Below are positions 38,506 to 48,263 of a DNA stretch of 64,000 nucleotides, piece by piece. Source of the stretch: Nanobdellota archaeon (GTDB lineage Archaea > Nanobdellota > Nanobdellia > Pacearchaeales > GW2011-AR1); NCBI GenBank assembly GCA_038045705.1, contig JBBSXO010000005.1:15371-79370 (forward strand), read 5' to 3'. The notes below the pieces were generated by a model. That model saw nothing but the letters and a program-made list of their open reading frames with translations. It had not been told where the DNA came from and ran no database searches. Numbering within the stretch: the stretch's first letter is position 1; every line of letters begins with the position of its first letter. Position numbers and translations under genes: made by a program.

Positions 38506-38910
38506 TTATTCAACCCATAAAAATAATCTTAACTTAATAGGATTAAAATCACTCTTACTTGTGCTTATTATTCTTTCTGCAGAGAATACATTCCCTACAT
38601 AAGCAGATTGTCCACAAGAACTAGTTATCACACAAGACCTTAACTCAAAGCTAATATAATCAGGTAGACTATTATTCACAAAAGCAAGAGTATTTACCAT
38701 ATTATTAACATTTGTTTGTTCACGTATAATTTCATTTCTTAAATTCTCTCGTACACTTATTTCAGATAGTAAATCTCTAGCAAATTCAGATAAATCTTGA
38801 GTTTCCTGGCTTGGTAAATTTTGTTTATATGCAAGAATTAAAATTATAGAAATTAAAATTATTGCAATTAGTAGTTCAATCATTCTAGCAATTCCTTTCC
38901 TACTTACCAT
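38506..38910 (-). CDS. Pilin-like protein (class III signal peptide)
   Basis: 'MVSRKGIARMIELLIAIILISIILILAY' has a basic N-terminus plus a hydrophobic helix. Confidence 0.45.
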   Translation of the reverse strand: MVSRKGIARMIELLIAIILISIILILAYKQNLPSQETQDLSEFARDLLSEISVRENLRNEIIREQTNVNNMVNTLAFVNNSLPDYISFELRSCVITSSCGQSAYVGNVFSAERIISTSKSDFNPIKLRLFLWVE

Positions 38911-39599
38911 ACTAACACCCTAATATCCGCATACTCTCTTCTTCCAGAATTTCTTATTATTTCAATTCTATCATTTTTTGATAAAACTTCAACATTATCA
39001 GGAATTTCATTTAAACTCATTATTTGAGAGTCACTAAACTGAACAGCAAAACCAAAATCCAGCCTATTGGGTAAATTAAGTTCTCGTTTTAATTCAGTAT
39101 AATTAGAAAAATAACTTCTATTAAGTTCGAGAAACAAACTTTCAAAATACAGCTCTTCAGTATCTGAAGAAGAAATAAAATATTTATTTTCAATAGACTG
39201 ACCATTTATAGAAGCCGGAGAGTTCTTTATTATTGGAGAGTACCTTATCCTAAAAAAGTATGTTCCATTTCTATCAAAATGGACAAATCCATTGTTTTTA
39301 TAAGTCTCAATAATTACACCATCTTCATCTTCAACAGTAGCATTATAATTCATAGAAATTCCAGGTATTTTTAAAGAAACTATTGAGGGTACTAATTGAC
39401 TGCTATCAATAGAAATAGCATAAGTTTCAACAATTTCTTTGGTCTCTTCAGAGACTTCTATCCATGCATAGTCCATAGTAGACTTCAAAGTTCTTTGGCT
39501 TTGCAATGGATTAAAAAACACAAAAGCAAATACAACAAATCCTATAAATATAACAAATGAAATCACAAATTCTATGTGACTCAACCCCTTTTTTGACAT
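38904..39599 (-). CDS. Pilin-like protein (class III signal peptide)
   Basis: The N-terminus is 'MSKKGLSHIEFVISFVIFIGFVVFAFVFF'. Confidence 0.45.
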   Translation of the reverse strand: MSKKGLSHIEFVISFVIFIGFVVFAFVFFNPLQSQRTLKSTMDYAWIEVSEETKEIVETYAISIDSSQLVPSIVSLKIPGISMNYNATVEDEDGVIIETYKNNGFVHFDRNGTYFFRIRYSPIIKNSPASINGQSIENKYFISSSDTEELYFESLFLELNRSYFSNYTELKRELNLPNRLDFGFAVQFSDSQIMSLNEIPDNVEVLSKNDRIEIIRNSGRREYADIRVLVW

Positions 39600-39631
39600 T
39601 AAACTGGGAAAATTAGCTTTATTTATATAGA

Positions 39632-40414
39632 TTGCCCCTTATTAGAAACATGGAAAACCTAGTAAGAAAAATAAAGGAAAAATATGAGCTAAATAGTCTT
39701 CCAGACAGCCTTGTTAAGTCAACTTTAGAAACATATTTGTTAAAAAACAAAGTAAAATATATAAATTCAGAAAAGAGTCAAAAAATAATAGTAAAAGAGG
39801 TCAGAAAAGAGCTAAGAAGATATACAGGACAATATGCTTCTAAAACAAACATAAAAAATAGGCAGGAATTAATAAAAAAAGAAGATATAATTGGATTGTT
39901 AAAAGAACATTCATCAACAAGAGAGAGATTAGAAGATTATCCATTAGTAAAAGATATAATAAAAAAAATCAATCCGAAAAGTATATTAGATTTAGGCTGT
40001 GGTGTCAATCCAATAGCAATAGCTTCAAAAGGGATAAAGTATCACGCTTATGACATCAACCAAAATGATTTGGAAATAGTAAATGAGTTCTTCAAAATAA
40101 ACAAGATAGAAGGAGATATTTATCACAAAGACATCAGAGAAGAAAGTCTGTTTCCAAAAGTAGATCTATGTATTATCTTTAAAGTTCTAGACATTTTAGG
40201 AGATGATAGAAATAAAGTTACAAAAGATATTTTAACAAAAGTAGATTCGAAGTATTTCTTAATTAGTTTCGCAACAAGAACTTTATCAGGCAAACCAATG
40301 AATAGCCCATACAGAAGATGGTTTGAAAAAATCCTACAAGTTTTAAATTATAAATATGAGGTCAAAAGAACAAGGCAGGAATTGTTTTATATTATTCAGA
40401 AGACTACAGCATAA
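39632..40414 (+). CDS. Class I SAM-dependent methyltransferase
   Basis: 'ILDLGCGVNPIAI' is motif I (GxGxG). Confidence 0.5.
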   Translation: MPLIRNMENLVRKIKEKYELNSLPDSLVKSTLETYLLKNKVKYINSEKSQKIIVKEVRKELRRYTGQYASKTNIKNRQELIKKEDIIGLLKEHSSTRERLEDYPLVKDIIKKINPKSILDLGCGVNPIAIASKGIKYHAYDINQNDLEIVNEFFKINKIEGDIYHKDIREESLFPKVDLCIIFKVLDILGDDRNKVTKDILTKVDSKYFLISFATRTLSGKPMNSPYRRWFEKILQVLNYKYEVKRTRQELFYIIQKTTA

Positions 40415-40440
40415 TACTTTATCAACGTAAGAATTCTTTT

Positions 40441-40812
40441 TTAAGAGAAGCTATATCTTATTCTTGCCCAAATACCTGGCTTAGTCTTCATTATACATTC
40501 CTTTTTAGATGTTTTAAAGTCAGCTTTGCATTTTTTCATATCAGTTTTGTAATCATTCTTGCATTTCTTTGTCTGAGCAGTATCATTACCAACAGTAGTT
40601 ATACACTCCCCTCTTATCCCTTTTACAGTATCATAACAAATGTTTTTTATGCCAACGGCTTCAACAACACATTGACCATAAGTCATGTTTATTTCACTTC
40701 CCCTACCAGCATTAGAATTATTATTTTCATTATTTTGAGCAATTACCATGCCCGCAGATCCAACAAATAGAAACAAAACAATAGAAACCAAAACCATGCT
40801 AACTTTATTCAT
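40441..40812 (-). CDS. Small secreted Cys-rich protein
   Basis: It has a signal peptide 'VSMVLVSIVLFLFVGSAGMVIA' and 8 Cys. Confidence 0.4.
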   Translation of the reverse strand: MNKVSMVLVSIVLFLFVGSAGMVIAQNNENNNSNAGRGSEINMTYGQCVVEAVGIKNICYDTVKGIRGECITTVGNDTAQTKKCKNDYKTDMKKCKADFKTSKKECIMKTKPGIWARIRYSFS

Positions 40813-40882
40813 ATATCATAATCTAGTCTCTTATTTATAAATATTCTCAAACAATATGCTAACCATCCATCAATTAAATAAT

Positions 40883-41746
40883 TCACAAAAATAGTTTAGC
40901 CCCTGTAGATATCAAAAATGCAGCAATAGTCATAACAAAAGAATGTTTTACCCCCGCTTTTATTGAGCCTTCTGAAAGTTTTCCTATAGCAAGACCACTA
41001 AATAATCCTTGAAGTAAAAGCATCCATAATAATGGTCTGGATAAATCATCAGTAGAGAAACTATCTCCACTAGAAACAGGTAATCCTGACTGTCCAAATC
41101 CGCTACTACCTATTCCTTCCAAACCACCCACATTTTGCACATCTTCAGTCAATGGAATAATTTTAAATTGCATAACTAACATTATTCCTATGAATATAAA
41201 GAATATTATATATCCCTGAACAACTAAACTTGAAATAGAAGCAGCCCTTTCTTTTTTCAATTTTTCAATTTGGTAAATAGAAGAAGCCACAGAGTCAAGA
41301 ATATCATCTATTTTACCACCAGCCATTTCTGCTTCCTTAATTAAGCCAATTGCTCTTTTTACAGTAACACTTCCAATATCTCCAGCAAACGTATCTAAAG
41401 CCCTGCTCATAGGAATTCCCATAGATATTTGATTAGCAAGTTTTCCTATGTTTTCAGTTAAAGAACCAAAATTTTTATTCTTCATATTTCTTATGCTCTG
41501 TCCTATAGGAGTCCCACCTTTAACATTTTCAGCAAGTGCACGAGCAAATTCAAGAAACTGTTCATTTTTTTCCTTCTCAAGGTTTGTTTCAAATATAGTT
41601 GTTGCAACAAAAGGTAGTGCTATTATAGTCATAGCTATTCCAACAAGAAAGTAGAAAAGATTTTCCCCAAAGAAAAATATAAAATCTATAACAATTAAGA
41701 TTAATCCAAATATTATTCCTATCCAGTTTGCTTTTTTTAGTATCAT
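40883..41746 (-). CDS. Type II secretion system F-domain membrane platform protein (TadB/C- or FlaJ-like)
   Basis: It has N-terminal TM helices, a cytoplasmic helical domain and C-terminal TM helices. Its start follows the upstream ORF's stop in a TAA-A-ATG arrangement. Confidence 0.55.
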   Translation of the reverse strand: MILKKANWIGIIFGLILIVIDFIFFFGENLFYFLVGIAMTIIALPFVATTIFETNLEKEKNEQFLEFARALAENVKGGTPIGQSIRNMKNKNFGSLTENIGKLANQISMGIPMSRALDTFAGDIGSVTVKRAIGLIKEAEMAGGKIDDILDSVASSIYQIEKLKKERAASISSLVVQGYIIFFIFIGIMLVMQFKIIPLTEDVQNVGGLEGIGSSGFGQSGLPVSSGDSFSTDDLSRPLLWMLLLQGLFSGLAIGKLSEGSIKAGVKHSFVMTIAAFLISTGAKLFL

Positions 41747-41747
41747 T

Positions 41748-43040
41748 TTAATAGTTTGGCTGTTTCATATGCAGAAATGCAATGAACAAAACATTTACAA
41801 TTGCTACTAGTCCAATAATAGCTGTAGTCATTTGAGTAGGATTGAAACCAGTGCTTATTTTAGATATGGATATTATAACAAGTAGCATAACCATAATCAT
41901 AGGAGTAGCAATTACTATGCTAATATACAAATCCATAAAAGTTTCAGCAGACTTATTAGCTTTTTCTCTTTCAAGTCTATACTCAAGTAATAAACTTTCA
42001 GCTCTTTTCTCAAAAAATTTCCTCATATCCCCACCAGAATTTATTGTAACTGCCATCCCATTAAGTAACTCAGAGAATCTGGAGCTAGGGGTAGATAAAG
42101 AAACATTTCTTAGAGCGGTACTCAAGTCATAACCATAAAGGTTTGTTTGGTTTAATATTTTTCTAAATTCATTTCCAGCAAATTCATATTCTTTACTTGT
42201 TGCAATTATCTTAAATAATTCAATGGGTTCAATTCCACTTCCAGAGATAGAGGCCATATGAATAACAACAAAAGGAATTTCTTGATTTATTTTTCCAGAG
42301 GTAGATTTCTTCTCAGCAGCAGGATAAGAATAGAAAAGCAAGAAAGCAACTCCAGGAAATGCAAGAGGTATCCACAAAATTTTAATTAAGCGCAATATGT
42401 AAGATTCTGAATATATTTTTATTGACAAGTTAAAAAAATCTACAGTAAAAAATAGCATAAATATCATAACAAATATACTTACAAAAGATGCAACTAAAAT
42501 AGACATAAACATCATAGACAAATAAGTGGTTGAAAGTATATTTAGATTACTTTTCTTTATATCAAGTATAAGTGATTTGAAAGAACCTTCATTAACGAGT
42601 CTCTGTGAGAAATTGAAGAAAAATCTATTCGAAGTTTTCCCATACCAATTTGTAGTATTAAATTTTTCTATTCTTTTTGGTTTTTCTTTCTGTCTCTTCT
42701 TTATTTTTTTAAGTAACTGAGAATCAATATTAAGTTCTTTCAAGAACTCATTCCTTCCCCTCTCAGAAACAAAAACTGAAACCTCTTTTAACGGAATTAC
42801 TTCTAGTTTTTTAAATTTTTCAGATTGATTCTTTGACAAATCAAAATTATCTATTTTATTTATTAATTCAGGCAAACTATTATTCAATATTTTTATTCTT
42901 TTTATCAAAGACTCGGCTATTTGAGAATATATTCTAATTTCTTCAGAATCAAGCTGAGACTCATTAGAGTAAATATTATCAAGCTCACGTATCATCCCTA
43001 TTTCAGCATCAATATTAGATTTCAAACTTTTAATGATCAT
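41748..43040 (-). CDS. Type II secretion system F-domain membrane platform protein (TadB/C- or FlaJ-like)
   Basis: It has a ~190-aa soluble N-terminal domain followed by TM helices. It lies upstream of the ATPase gene on the same strand. Confidence 0.55.
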   Translation of the reverse strand: MIIKSLKSNIDAEIGMIRELDNIYSNESQLDSEEIRIYSQIAESLIKRIKILNNSLPELINKIDNFDLSKNQSEKFKKLEVIPLKEVSVFVSERGRNEFLKELNIDSQLLKKIKKRQKEKPKRIEKFNTTNWYGKTSNRFFFNFSQRLVNEGSFKSLILDIKKSNLNILSTTYLSMMFMSILVASFVSIFVMIFMLFFTVDFFNLSIKIYSESYILRLIKILWIPLAFPGVAFLLFYSYPAAEKKSTSGKINQEIPFVVIHMASISGSGIEPIELFKIIATSKEYEFAGNEFRKILNQTNLYGYDLSTALRNVSLSTPSSRFSELLNGMAVTINSGGDMRKFFEKRAESLLLEYRLEREKANKSAETFMDLYISIVIATPMIMVMLLVIISISKISTGFNPTQMTTAIIGLVAIVNVLFIAFLHMKQPNY

Positions 43041-43236
43041 AGTATTTTATCAAAACTCCTTTGTAGTTCAAACAACTTTTCTTTTAGTTGAGAGACCATT
43101 TCAAATTCATGTTTTTCCAATGCATTATCCAGTTTGTTTACAATATCTTTCATCTGAACGAGCATTTTGTAAGCTAAAACAACATCCTCTTTCCTCATAA
43201 AACTGAAAGGAGAAATTGCTTTATATATCTTTTAAT

Positions 43237-44760
43237 CTACTCTATGCCAAACCTTTGTAAAACAAGTTTAGAATTTCGATAATAATCAACAACTATCTTC
43301 CTAACTTCATCAAAACCAAATATTTTTCTCCTATAAAGTTCATACAACAGTTTTGTTCTATTTGCAAACTCTTTTTGTAATTCTTCTACAGTCAATCCAT
43401 AACGAACAGATATTTTCTCGAAAACTTTACTTTCTTTCTTAAAATAGAAAGTATCTTGACCTGGATTCCATACAAAAGGAGTATTAACCAAAACCATTCC
43501 ATCTCCTTTTACATTAATTATCTCAACTATCTCTCTTAATCTTCTAGTTTCATTCTTCTTTATTAGTGCATGAGTCATTATAGCTACACAGTCAAGAGAG
43601 TTCACGAGAGTAGGTGAAAGCTCAATAGGGGGAGTTTCCAAACGTTTTATCAAAGTATCAACAGAATCAGCGTGCATTGTGCTTATAGAAGGGTGTCCTG
43701 AAGCCATTCCCTGGAATAATACGAAAGCCTCTTTACCTCTAACCTCTCCAACGATAACATAGTTAGGATTCTGTCTGAAAGAATTTTTTAACAAATCAAA
43801 TAAGTCTACTTCTCCAACACCTCCTTTACCAATAGCAACTCTGGAAACTGCAGGAATCCAATTTTCTCTAGGTAAGTTTAGTTCTCTAGTATCTTCAATA
43901 CTAACGACATGAGCCTCTGGAGGAATAAAAAATGCAATAGCATTAAGTAATGTAGTTTTACCCGAAGAAGTTCCTCCAGCAATAAATATGTTTGATTTGT
44001 ATTGCACAAGAATCCAAAAGTATGCAAGCATCTCAGGACTTAAAGTATTGAATGATATAAGTTGTATCGGGGTCCATGGTATTTTCGTAAATTTACGAAG
44101 AGTGAAAGTAGGTCCTTTAGAGGTAACATCTTGGGTATATGTAGCATTTACTCTAGATCCGTCAGGTAATGTTCCATCAAGCAAAGGTTCAGAATAAGAA
44201 ACATATTTTCCAGACCTTTGAGCAAGCTTCTCAACAAAACTTGACAAGTGATCTATCTCGCTGAATTTTAATGTAGTTCTAATATTACTATATACTCTAT
44301 GAACTATGTAAATCGGAGTATTAACACCATTACACTCAATATCTTCTATAAAATAGTCTCTCAATAAAGGTTCTATTTCATTAAAACCTACAAAATCCCT
44401 ATATAAATAATAGAATATCTTTTCATAACTTCCTTCTTCAATTTTAATATTTAATTCACTTATAAGAAATTTAGCAGTTTTATCAACATACTCCATTATT
44501 TTTTCAGGAGTTTTTTCAGTAACTACATTGACATTAATTAGTTCAATCATAGCATCTTCTAATTTCTTAATTACGCCCTTTTCATCTTCTTTTAAAAGTG
44601 GTTCTTCAACATCATAAATGAGCTCTTCAGAATTATCATCCCAATAAATATGAGCATTAGCAAAAGGTTGTATTAATGCATACCTAACGTCAATTTTTGT
44701 TCTATCCATTGTCTTAGGTAAATCAGGTACAATAGGATTAGGATTTATAGTTATCACCAT
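43237..44760 (-). CDS. Type IV pilus/archaellum assembly ATPase (FlaI/TadA/VirB11 family)
   Basis: Walker A 'IAGGTSSGKTTLLNA' is present, with a 'TMHADS' His-box and acidic boxes. The 507-aa length fits. Confidence 0.85.
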   Translation of the reverse strand: MVITINPNPIVPDLPKTMDRTKIDVRYALIQPFANAHIYWDDNSEELIYDVEEPLLKEDEKGVIKKLEDAMIELINVNVVTEKTPEKIMEYVDKTAKFLISELNIKIEEGSYEKIFYYLYRDFVGFNEIEPLLRDYFIEDIECNGVNTPIYIVHRVYSNIRTTLKFSEIDHLSSFVEKLAQRSGKYVSYSEPLLDGTLPDGSRVNATYTQDVTSKGPTFTLRKFTKIPWTPIQLISFNTLSPEMLAYFWILVQYKSNIFIAGGTSSGKTTLLNAIAFFIPPEAHVVSIEDTRELNLPRENWIPAVSRVAIGKGGVGEVDLFDLLKNSFRQNPNYVIVGEVRGKEAFVLFQGMASGHPSISTMHADSVDTLIKRLETPPIELSPTLVNSLDCVAIMTHALIKKNETRRLREIVEIINVKGDGMVLVNTPFVWNPGQDTFYFKKESKVFEKISVRYGLTVEELQKEFANRTKLLYELYRRKIFGFDEVRKIVVDYYRNSKLVLQRFGIE

Positions 44761-44806
44761 TTTTCACCTCTACAAAATAAAATCAACGAGACATTTAAAC
44801 CTATCT

Positions 44807-45334
44807 TTAAGAACCTTCAGTTATGTCTATCCAAGGCTTATTATTTACAATACCCCTATTCTCAACAAAGAACTCATAAGGGATGCTTACTGGAGTAAAA
44901 GTTTGTTTTTGTCTATCTGATCCATCATAAGTAATGTTATAAACATAAGGTAGCGATAAAGTTATTTTATATCTTTCAGTAAGCTCTTCAGTCAAAACTT
45001 TTATTCTTCCAAGATTTAATTCAACCCCAGGTTCTGAATAACGCACATTAGATTCTTCAAGCACATATTCAAGTTCATTTTCTATCGAATCTACTGAGAT
45101 CGCGCCCCTGTCTAATCTAAAATTAATTTTTCTCTTATTTCCAGGAGCATCAAGTATCTCTACAATTTTTGAATCAAATGTGTTTAGAGACCCTATTGTT
45201 TGTTCAATCACGGATCTATCTCTAAACTCCTTTACTTTAGGTGTTAATATTGCAAGAACAAGTCCTATTAATGCAAGACCTATTAGAGTATAGATTACAG
45301 TCTCAACCCAGATTTGTCCCCTTCTAAAATTCAT
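44807..45334 (-). CDS. Pilin-like protein (class III signal peptide)
   Basis: The N-terminus is 'MNFRRGQIWVETVIYTLIGLALIGLVLAIL'. Confidence 0.5.
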   Translation of the reverse strand: MNFRRGQIWVETVIYTLIGLALIGLVLAILTPKVKEFRDRSVIEQTIGSLNTFDSKIVEILDAPGNKRKINFRLDRGAISVDSIENELEYVLEESNVRYSEPGVELNLGRIKVLTEELTERYKITLSLPYVYNITYDGSDRQKQTFTPVSIPYEFFVENRGIVNNKPWIDITEGS

Positions 45335-45840
45335 TAGAAACTAACTCCGTTGCAAGGCTCAAACTCAATAGTATCCGCAACAGAACACACTTCACCAGAT
45401 GCAGTCAACGCAGAGATTTCTGCTTTCTGGTAAACTCCAGTAGTTACATAAGTCCTCTGACCACCAACACTAGGGAAAGTTAAAGGATCATCAGGATTAG
45501 CTCCAAGAACTCTTAAATTAGAGACAGTTGAACCATTATAAATATCATAAACATCAGAATTTCCATTATTATTAATAAGTCCAACTTTAACTTTTGATAT
45601 CTTTTCTTTGTTTATCTTAACAGAAAATCCAGTTTCGCTAGAATTAGAATCATAACAATTAAATCTACTCTCAGGAAATTCTACGCCTTCAAATGTATCC
45701 AGGCAGTCCTTACTGTCCCCAAGTTTATCATTAACAAAAGGTATTACAACAGAAAATACTATTCCTCCAATAATTATTGTTAAAACAAGTAAGAGTACAG
45801 TAGCAACAACAGGACTAACAGCTTTTCTAAACATCACCAT
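45334..45840 (-). CDS. Archaeal type IV pilin (DUF361-type N-terminus)
   Basis: The N-terminus is 'FRKAVSPVVATVLLLVLTIIIGG'. Confidence 0.65.
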   Translation of the reverse strand: MVMFRKAVSPVVATVLLLVLTIIIGGIVFSVVIPFVNDKLGDSKDCLDTFEGVEFPESRFNCYDSNSSETGFSVKINKEKISKVKVGLINNNGNSDVYDIYNGSTVSNLRVLGANPDDPLTFPSVGGQRTYVTTGVYQKAEISALTASGEVCSVADTIEFEPCNGVSF

Positions 45841-45878
45841 AAAGTATAAAGCAAAAAATAGTTTTTATATCTTTTCAA

Positions 45879-46349
45879 TTAGTAAACAACCGTCTGTCCA
45901 TCTTTTTCAGGACAAGTATAAGCTATTTTTCTTTCTTCCTTTTCAGCAAGCAGTTTAGGTATCACTCTAAATTTATCTCCGCTATTAACAGTAAATCCTA
46001 GGCAAGCATAAGAAGACATTCCAACTTTCACAGTACCGCCATTAAATGCCTGGTCAATAACTTCTACAGAGCCAGTAGCATCGTCGTACTGAAGAACTTT
46101 AGCCCCATAGATAGGGATATTTCCGATGTTGTTGATGTCTATTGCACTTCCAGTGCATTGAGAAGCAGTTAGAGCTATCTGCACTTCAAATCTTACATCT
46201 TCACAAGAACTTTCAACAACTCTATCTCCTTTGGTAGCACTTTCAGATAAAAAGCCTCTGGCCCAAATAAAGATAATAGCTGCAAGAACAACAACAATAA
46301 CAATTAGCAAAACTGTAGCCACAACAGGACTAACACCCTTTTTGAACAT
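45879..46349 (-). CDS. Archaeal type IV pilin (DUF361-type N-terminus)
   Basis: The N-terminus is 'MFKKGVSPVVATVLLIVIVVVLAAIIF'. Confidence 0.65.
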   Translation of the reverse strand: MFKKGVSPVVATVLLIVIVVVLAAIIFIWARGFLSESATKGDRVVESSCEDVRFEVQIALTASQCTGSAIDINNIGNIPIYGAKVLQYDDATGSVEVIDQAFNGGTVKVGMSSYACLGFTVNSGDKFRVIPKLLAEKEERKIAYTCPEKDGQTVVY

Positions 46350-46411
46350 CTTTTAGAAAGAAAACATTTGTTTTTATATGTTGACATGCATCGACACTAG
46401 AAGAAATAAAA

Positions 46412-46951
46412 TCAAGGTGCAACACAAGGAACTATTTTAGTAACAACTGCTTCAGGACAAAGAACAGGCTCATTTTCTATCCATATAACTGGCTGAACAC
46501 TTATCTCTTGTACTTGAGTAGGTACTAAATTATAAGTATATGTCTTACAAAATTTTTCACCTGGATTTAAGACACTCGTGTTTCCATTACATATTGAATT
46601 TAAATTTAAATCAAGATTCAAATTCTCTCTAAATGCTCTATTGTAATCTCCTATTTTTACGTACGCACCTTCGACTTTGAATAATCCTCTATTAGTTATA
46701 TTCAAATTTATTGTTGAAAAGAGCGGATTTGTAGGGCGGTTCAGAGTACAGGAAGCATAATCTATTGATAGTTTAATATCAACATCACATTCAGGTCTTT
46801 CATCAGGTAAATAAAGTTTTAAGTAAAAGAAAACAGCCGTTGATAATGCTACAGCAATAGCTATAAGTAAAACATATCCCACCATAAGGCTAACTGCTCT
46901 TTTATTCAACAGTAACAAATTTCTCTCCATCTTCATCTTTAGATAATACAA
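46412..46951 (-). CDS. Pilin-like protein
   Basis: The N-terminus is 'NKRAVSLMVGYVLLIAIAVALS'. Confidence 0.45.
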   Translation of the reverse strand: MYYLKMKMERNLLLLNKRAVSLMVGYVLLIAIAVALSTAVFFYLKLYLPDERPECDVDIKLSIDYASCTLNRPTNPLFSTINLNITNRGLFKVEGAYVKIGDYNRAFRENLNLDLNLNSICNGNTSVLNPGEKFCKTYTYNLVPTQVQEISVQPVIWIENEPVLCPEAVVTKIVPCVAP

Positions 46952-47423
46952 AATAAAAGTTCTGTCCAGGTTTTAAATTAAATACATAATCTACACCCTC
47001 AATTCTTATTCTAACACTATTCGAGGCTCCAGTATATTCAGCTTCAATTTCTTCTCCGCTTTGTATAGTAATCGGGACAAGTATCCCGTCAAGAAGAGTA
47101 ACTCCAACAACTTGCACACTTTCATAATAATATGCATAAATTCCAGTTTGAGCATTTCCATACACAAATGCAACATCTTGGTTTCCTATATTTTCACTGT
47201 AACTGTTTAATAATTGTGATGCAAGTCTACTGACATTTGAGGATGTTACAACACCATAATCAAGAACTCTTTTAGTTTCAAAATTAATTTCATCTCCTAA
47301 ATCAAAAAATGCTTCGGGCTTATCTCTAGTTGTACTCTGATTTGAGATTCTTACTAGACTTATCACTATCCCTACAATTATAAGTGCAGCCATCAAAAAA
47401 ACCTGTCCTCTTTTATTCATCAA
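46902..47423 (-). CDS. Pilin-like protein
   Basis: The N-terminus is 'MMNKRGQVFLMAALIIVGIVISL'. Its 3' end overlaps the start of the downstream pilin ORF. Confidence 0.45.
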   Translation of the reverse strand: MMNKRGQVFLMAALIIVGIVISLVRISNQSTTRDKPEAFFDLGDEINFETKRVLDYGVVTSSNVSRLASQLLNSYSENIGNQDVAFVYGNAQTGIYAYYYESVQVVGVTLLDGILVPITIQSGEEIEAEYTGASNSVRIRIEGVDYVFNLKPGQNFYFVLSKDEDGEKFVTVE

Positions 47424-47475
47424 ATAATCAAAGTAAATGTAATTTTTAAACTGTATGTATTAAGAAAAGAATAAC

Positions 47476-47732
47476 GTAGGCGGGGAGTTTGCTTGACGTC
47501 AAAAAATCGTTTGACCTTCTACCATCCTCGGTATCGCACTCCGGTAAGCACCGAAGCTTCTGCTTAGGGCTGCTCCGATCAAGGTCTGACCCAGTTCACA
47601 GGAGCACGGTCGAACAGGACAATACCTCAACGTCCGGTAAAAGACGAGAGTTTGTTCGTTTCACGTACTCCTTTAAGTTCACTTGAAGCCCGCGGGTGTA
47701 ACAGCACAGGGCTAACGTGCCAACTCGCCTAC
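47476..47732. ncRNA. GC-rich structured RNA candidate (RNase P RNA-like or SRP/7S RNA-like); strand unresolved
   Basis: A ~257-nt island of ~55% GC sits in a 30%-GC background with no credible ORF. The 5' end GUAGGCG pairs with the 3' end CGCCUAC. Internal hairpins are present (GUCAAA/UUUGAC and two CCGGUAA(A) loops). 'AAGGUCUGA' matches the eukaryal/archaeal RNase P CR-I. The minus strand carries 'GGAGCAGCCCUAAGCAGA', which resembles the SRP helix-8 3' strand. Confidence 0.45.
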
Positions 47733-47756
47733 AATAAATCGATTATAATGTGCTTT

Positions 47757-48059
47757 TTAAGTGTTTCTAGAAGGTTTAATTCCATTAACTATTGAACCTA
47801 AGTCATCCAATTCATAATAAGATAACGACTCAGCTTCTATTCCAGCAGGCAAATTTCTTCCATTTTCCGAAATACCATTTAAGACAGTGACATTCTTAGT
47901 TCTAGTTCTGACTCCAGTTAAATATCCTCTCAAATAATCAATACTTTCTTGATAACTATTTTGACGCTGATCTCCAGACCAAGTGTGTATTATTAAAAAT
48001 CTTTGTGAACATTTGATCTTAGCAATGTAAATTGTTTCAGTATTTTCCATCAAACACAC
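47757..48059 (-). CDS. Hypothetical protein
   Basis: It is a 100-aa ORF. Confidence 0.3.
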   Translation of the reverse strand: MCLMENTETIYIAKIKCSQRFLIIHTWSGDQRQNSYQESIDYLRGYLTGVRTRTKNVTVLNGISENGRNLPAGIEAESLSYYELDDLGSIVNGIKPSRNT

Positions 48060-48263
48060 TCATTAATCTTCAGAAACCTTTTCCTTTATCTTAATCAAGT
48101 CTTTACTCAAATATTTATTTTCTTTTATTTTATGATTCTTCTTACTAGAAAAGAAAAGAAGGACAATCAAAACTACGAAAGAAACCCCGGTACTCATCAA
48201 CAAAACTTGTTCAATACCTATCATGGAGCTTTTAGAATTCTTCAGGCGTATTTAAAGATTACC

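Noticed and set aside
40883-43040. Possible single FlaJ gene split by a frameshift into two ORFs (pseudogene)
   Set aside because: The TAA-A-ATG junction and different frames are equally well explained by two translationally coupled TadB/TadC-like genes. There is no evidence for decay, so they were kept as two intact genes.
47489-47686. 65-aa ORF inside the GC-rich island
   Set aside because: It sits entirely within the structured-RNA candidate and has no start context. Its peptide is R/S-rich low-complexity, so it is more likely a non-coding RNA.
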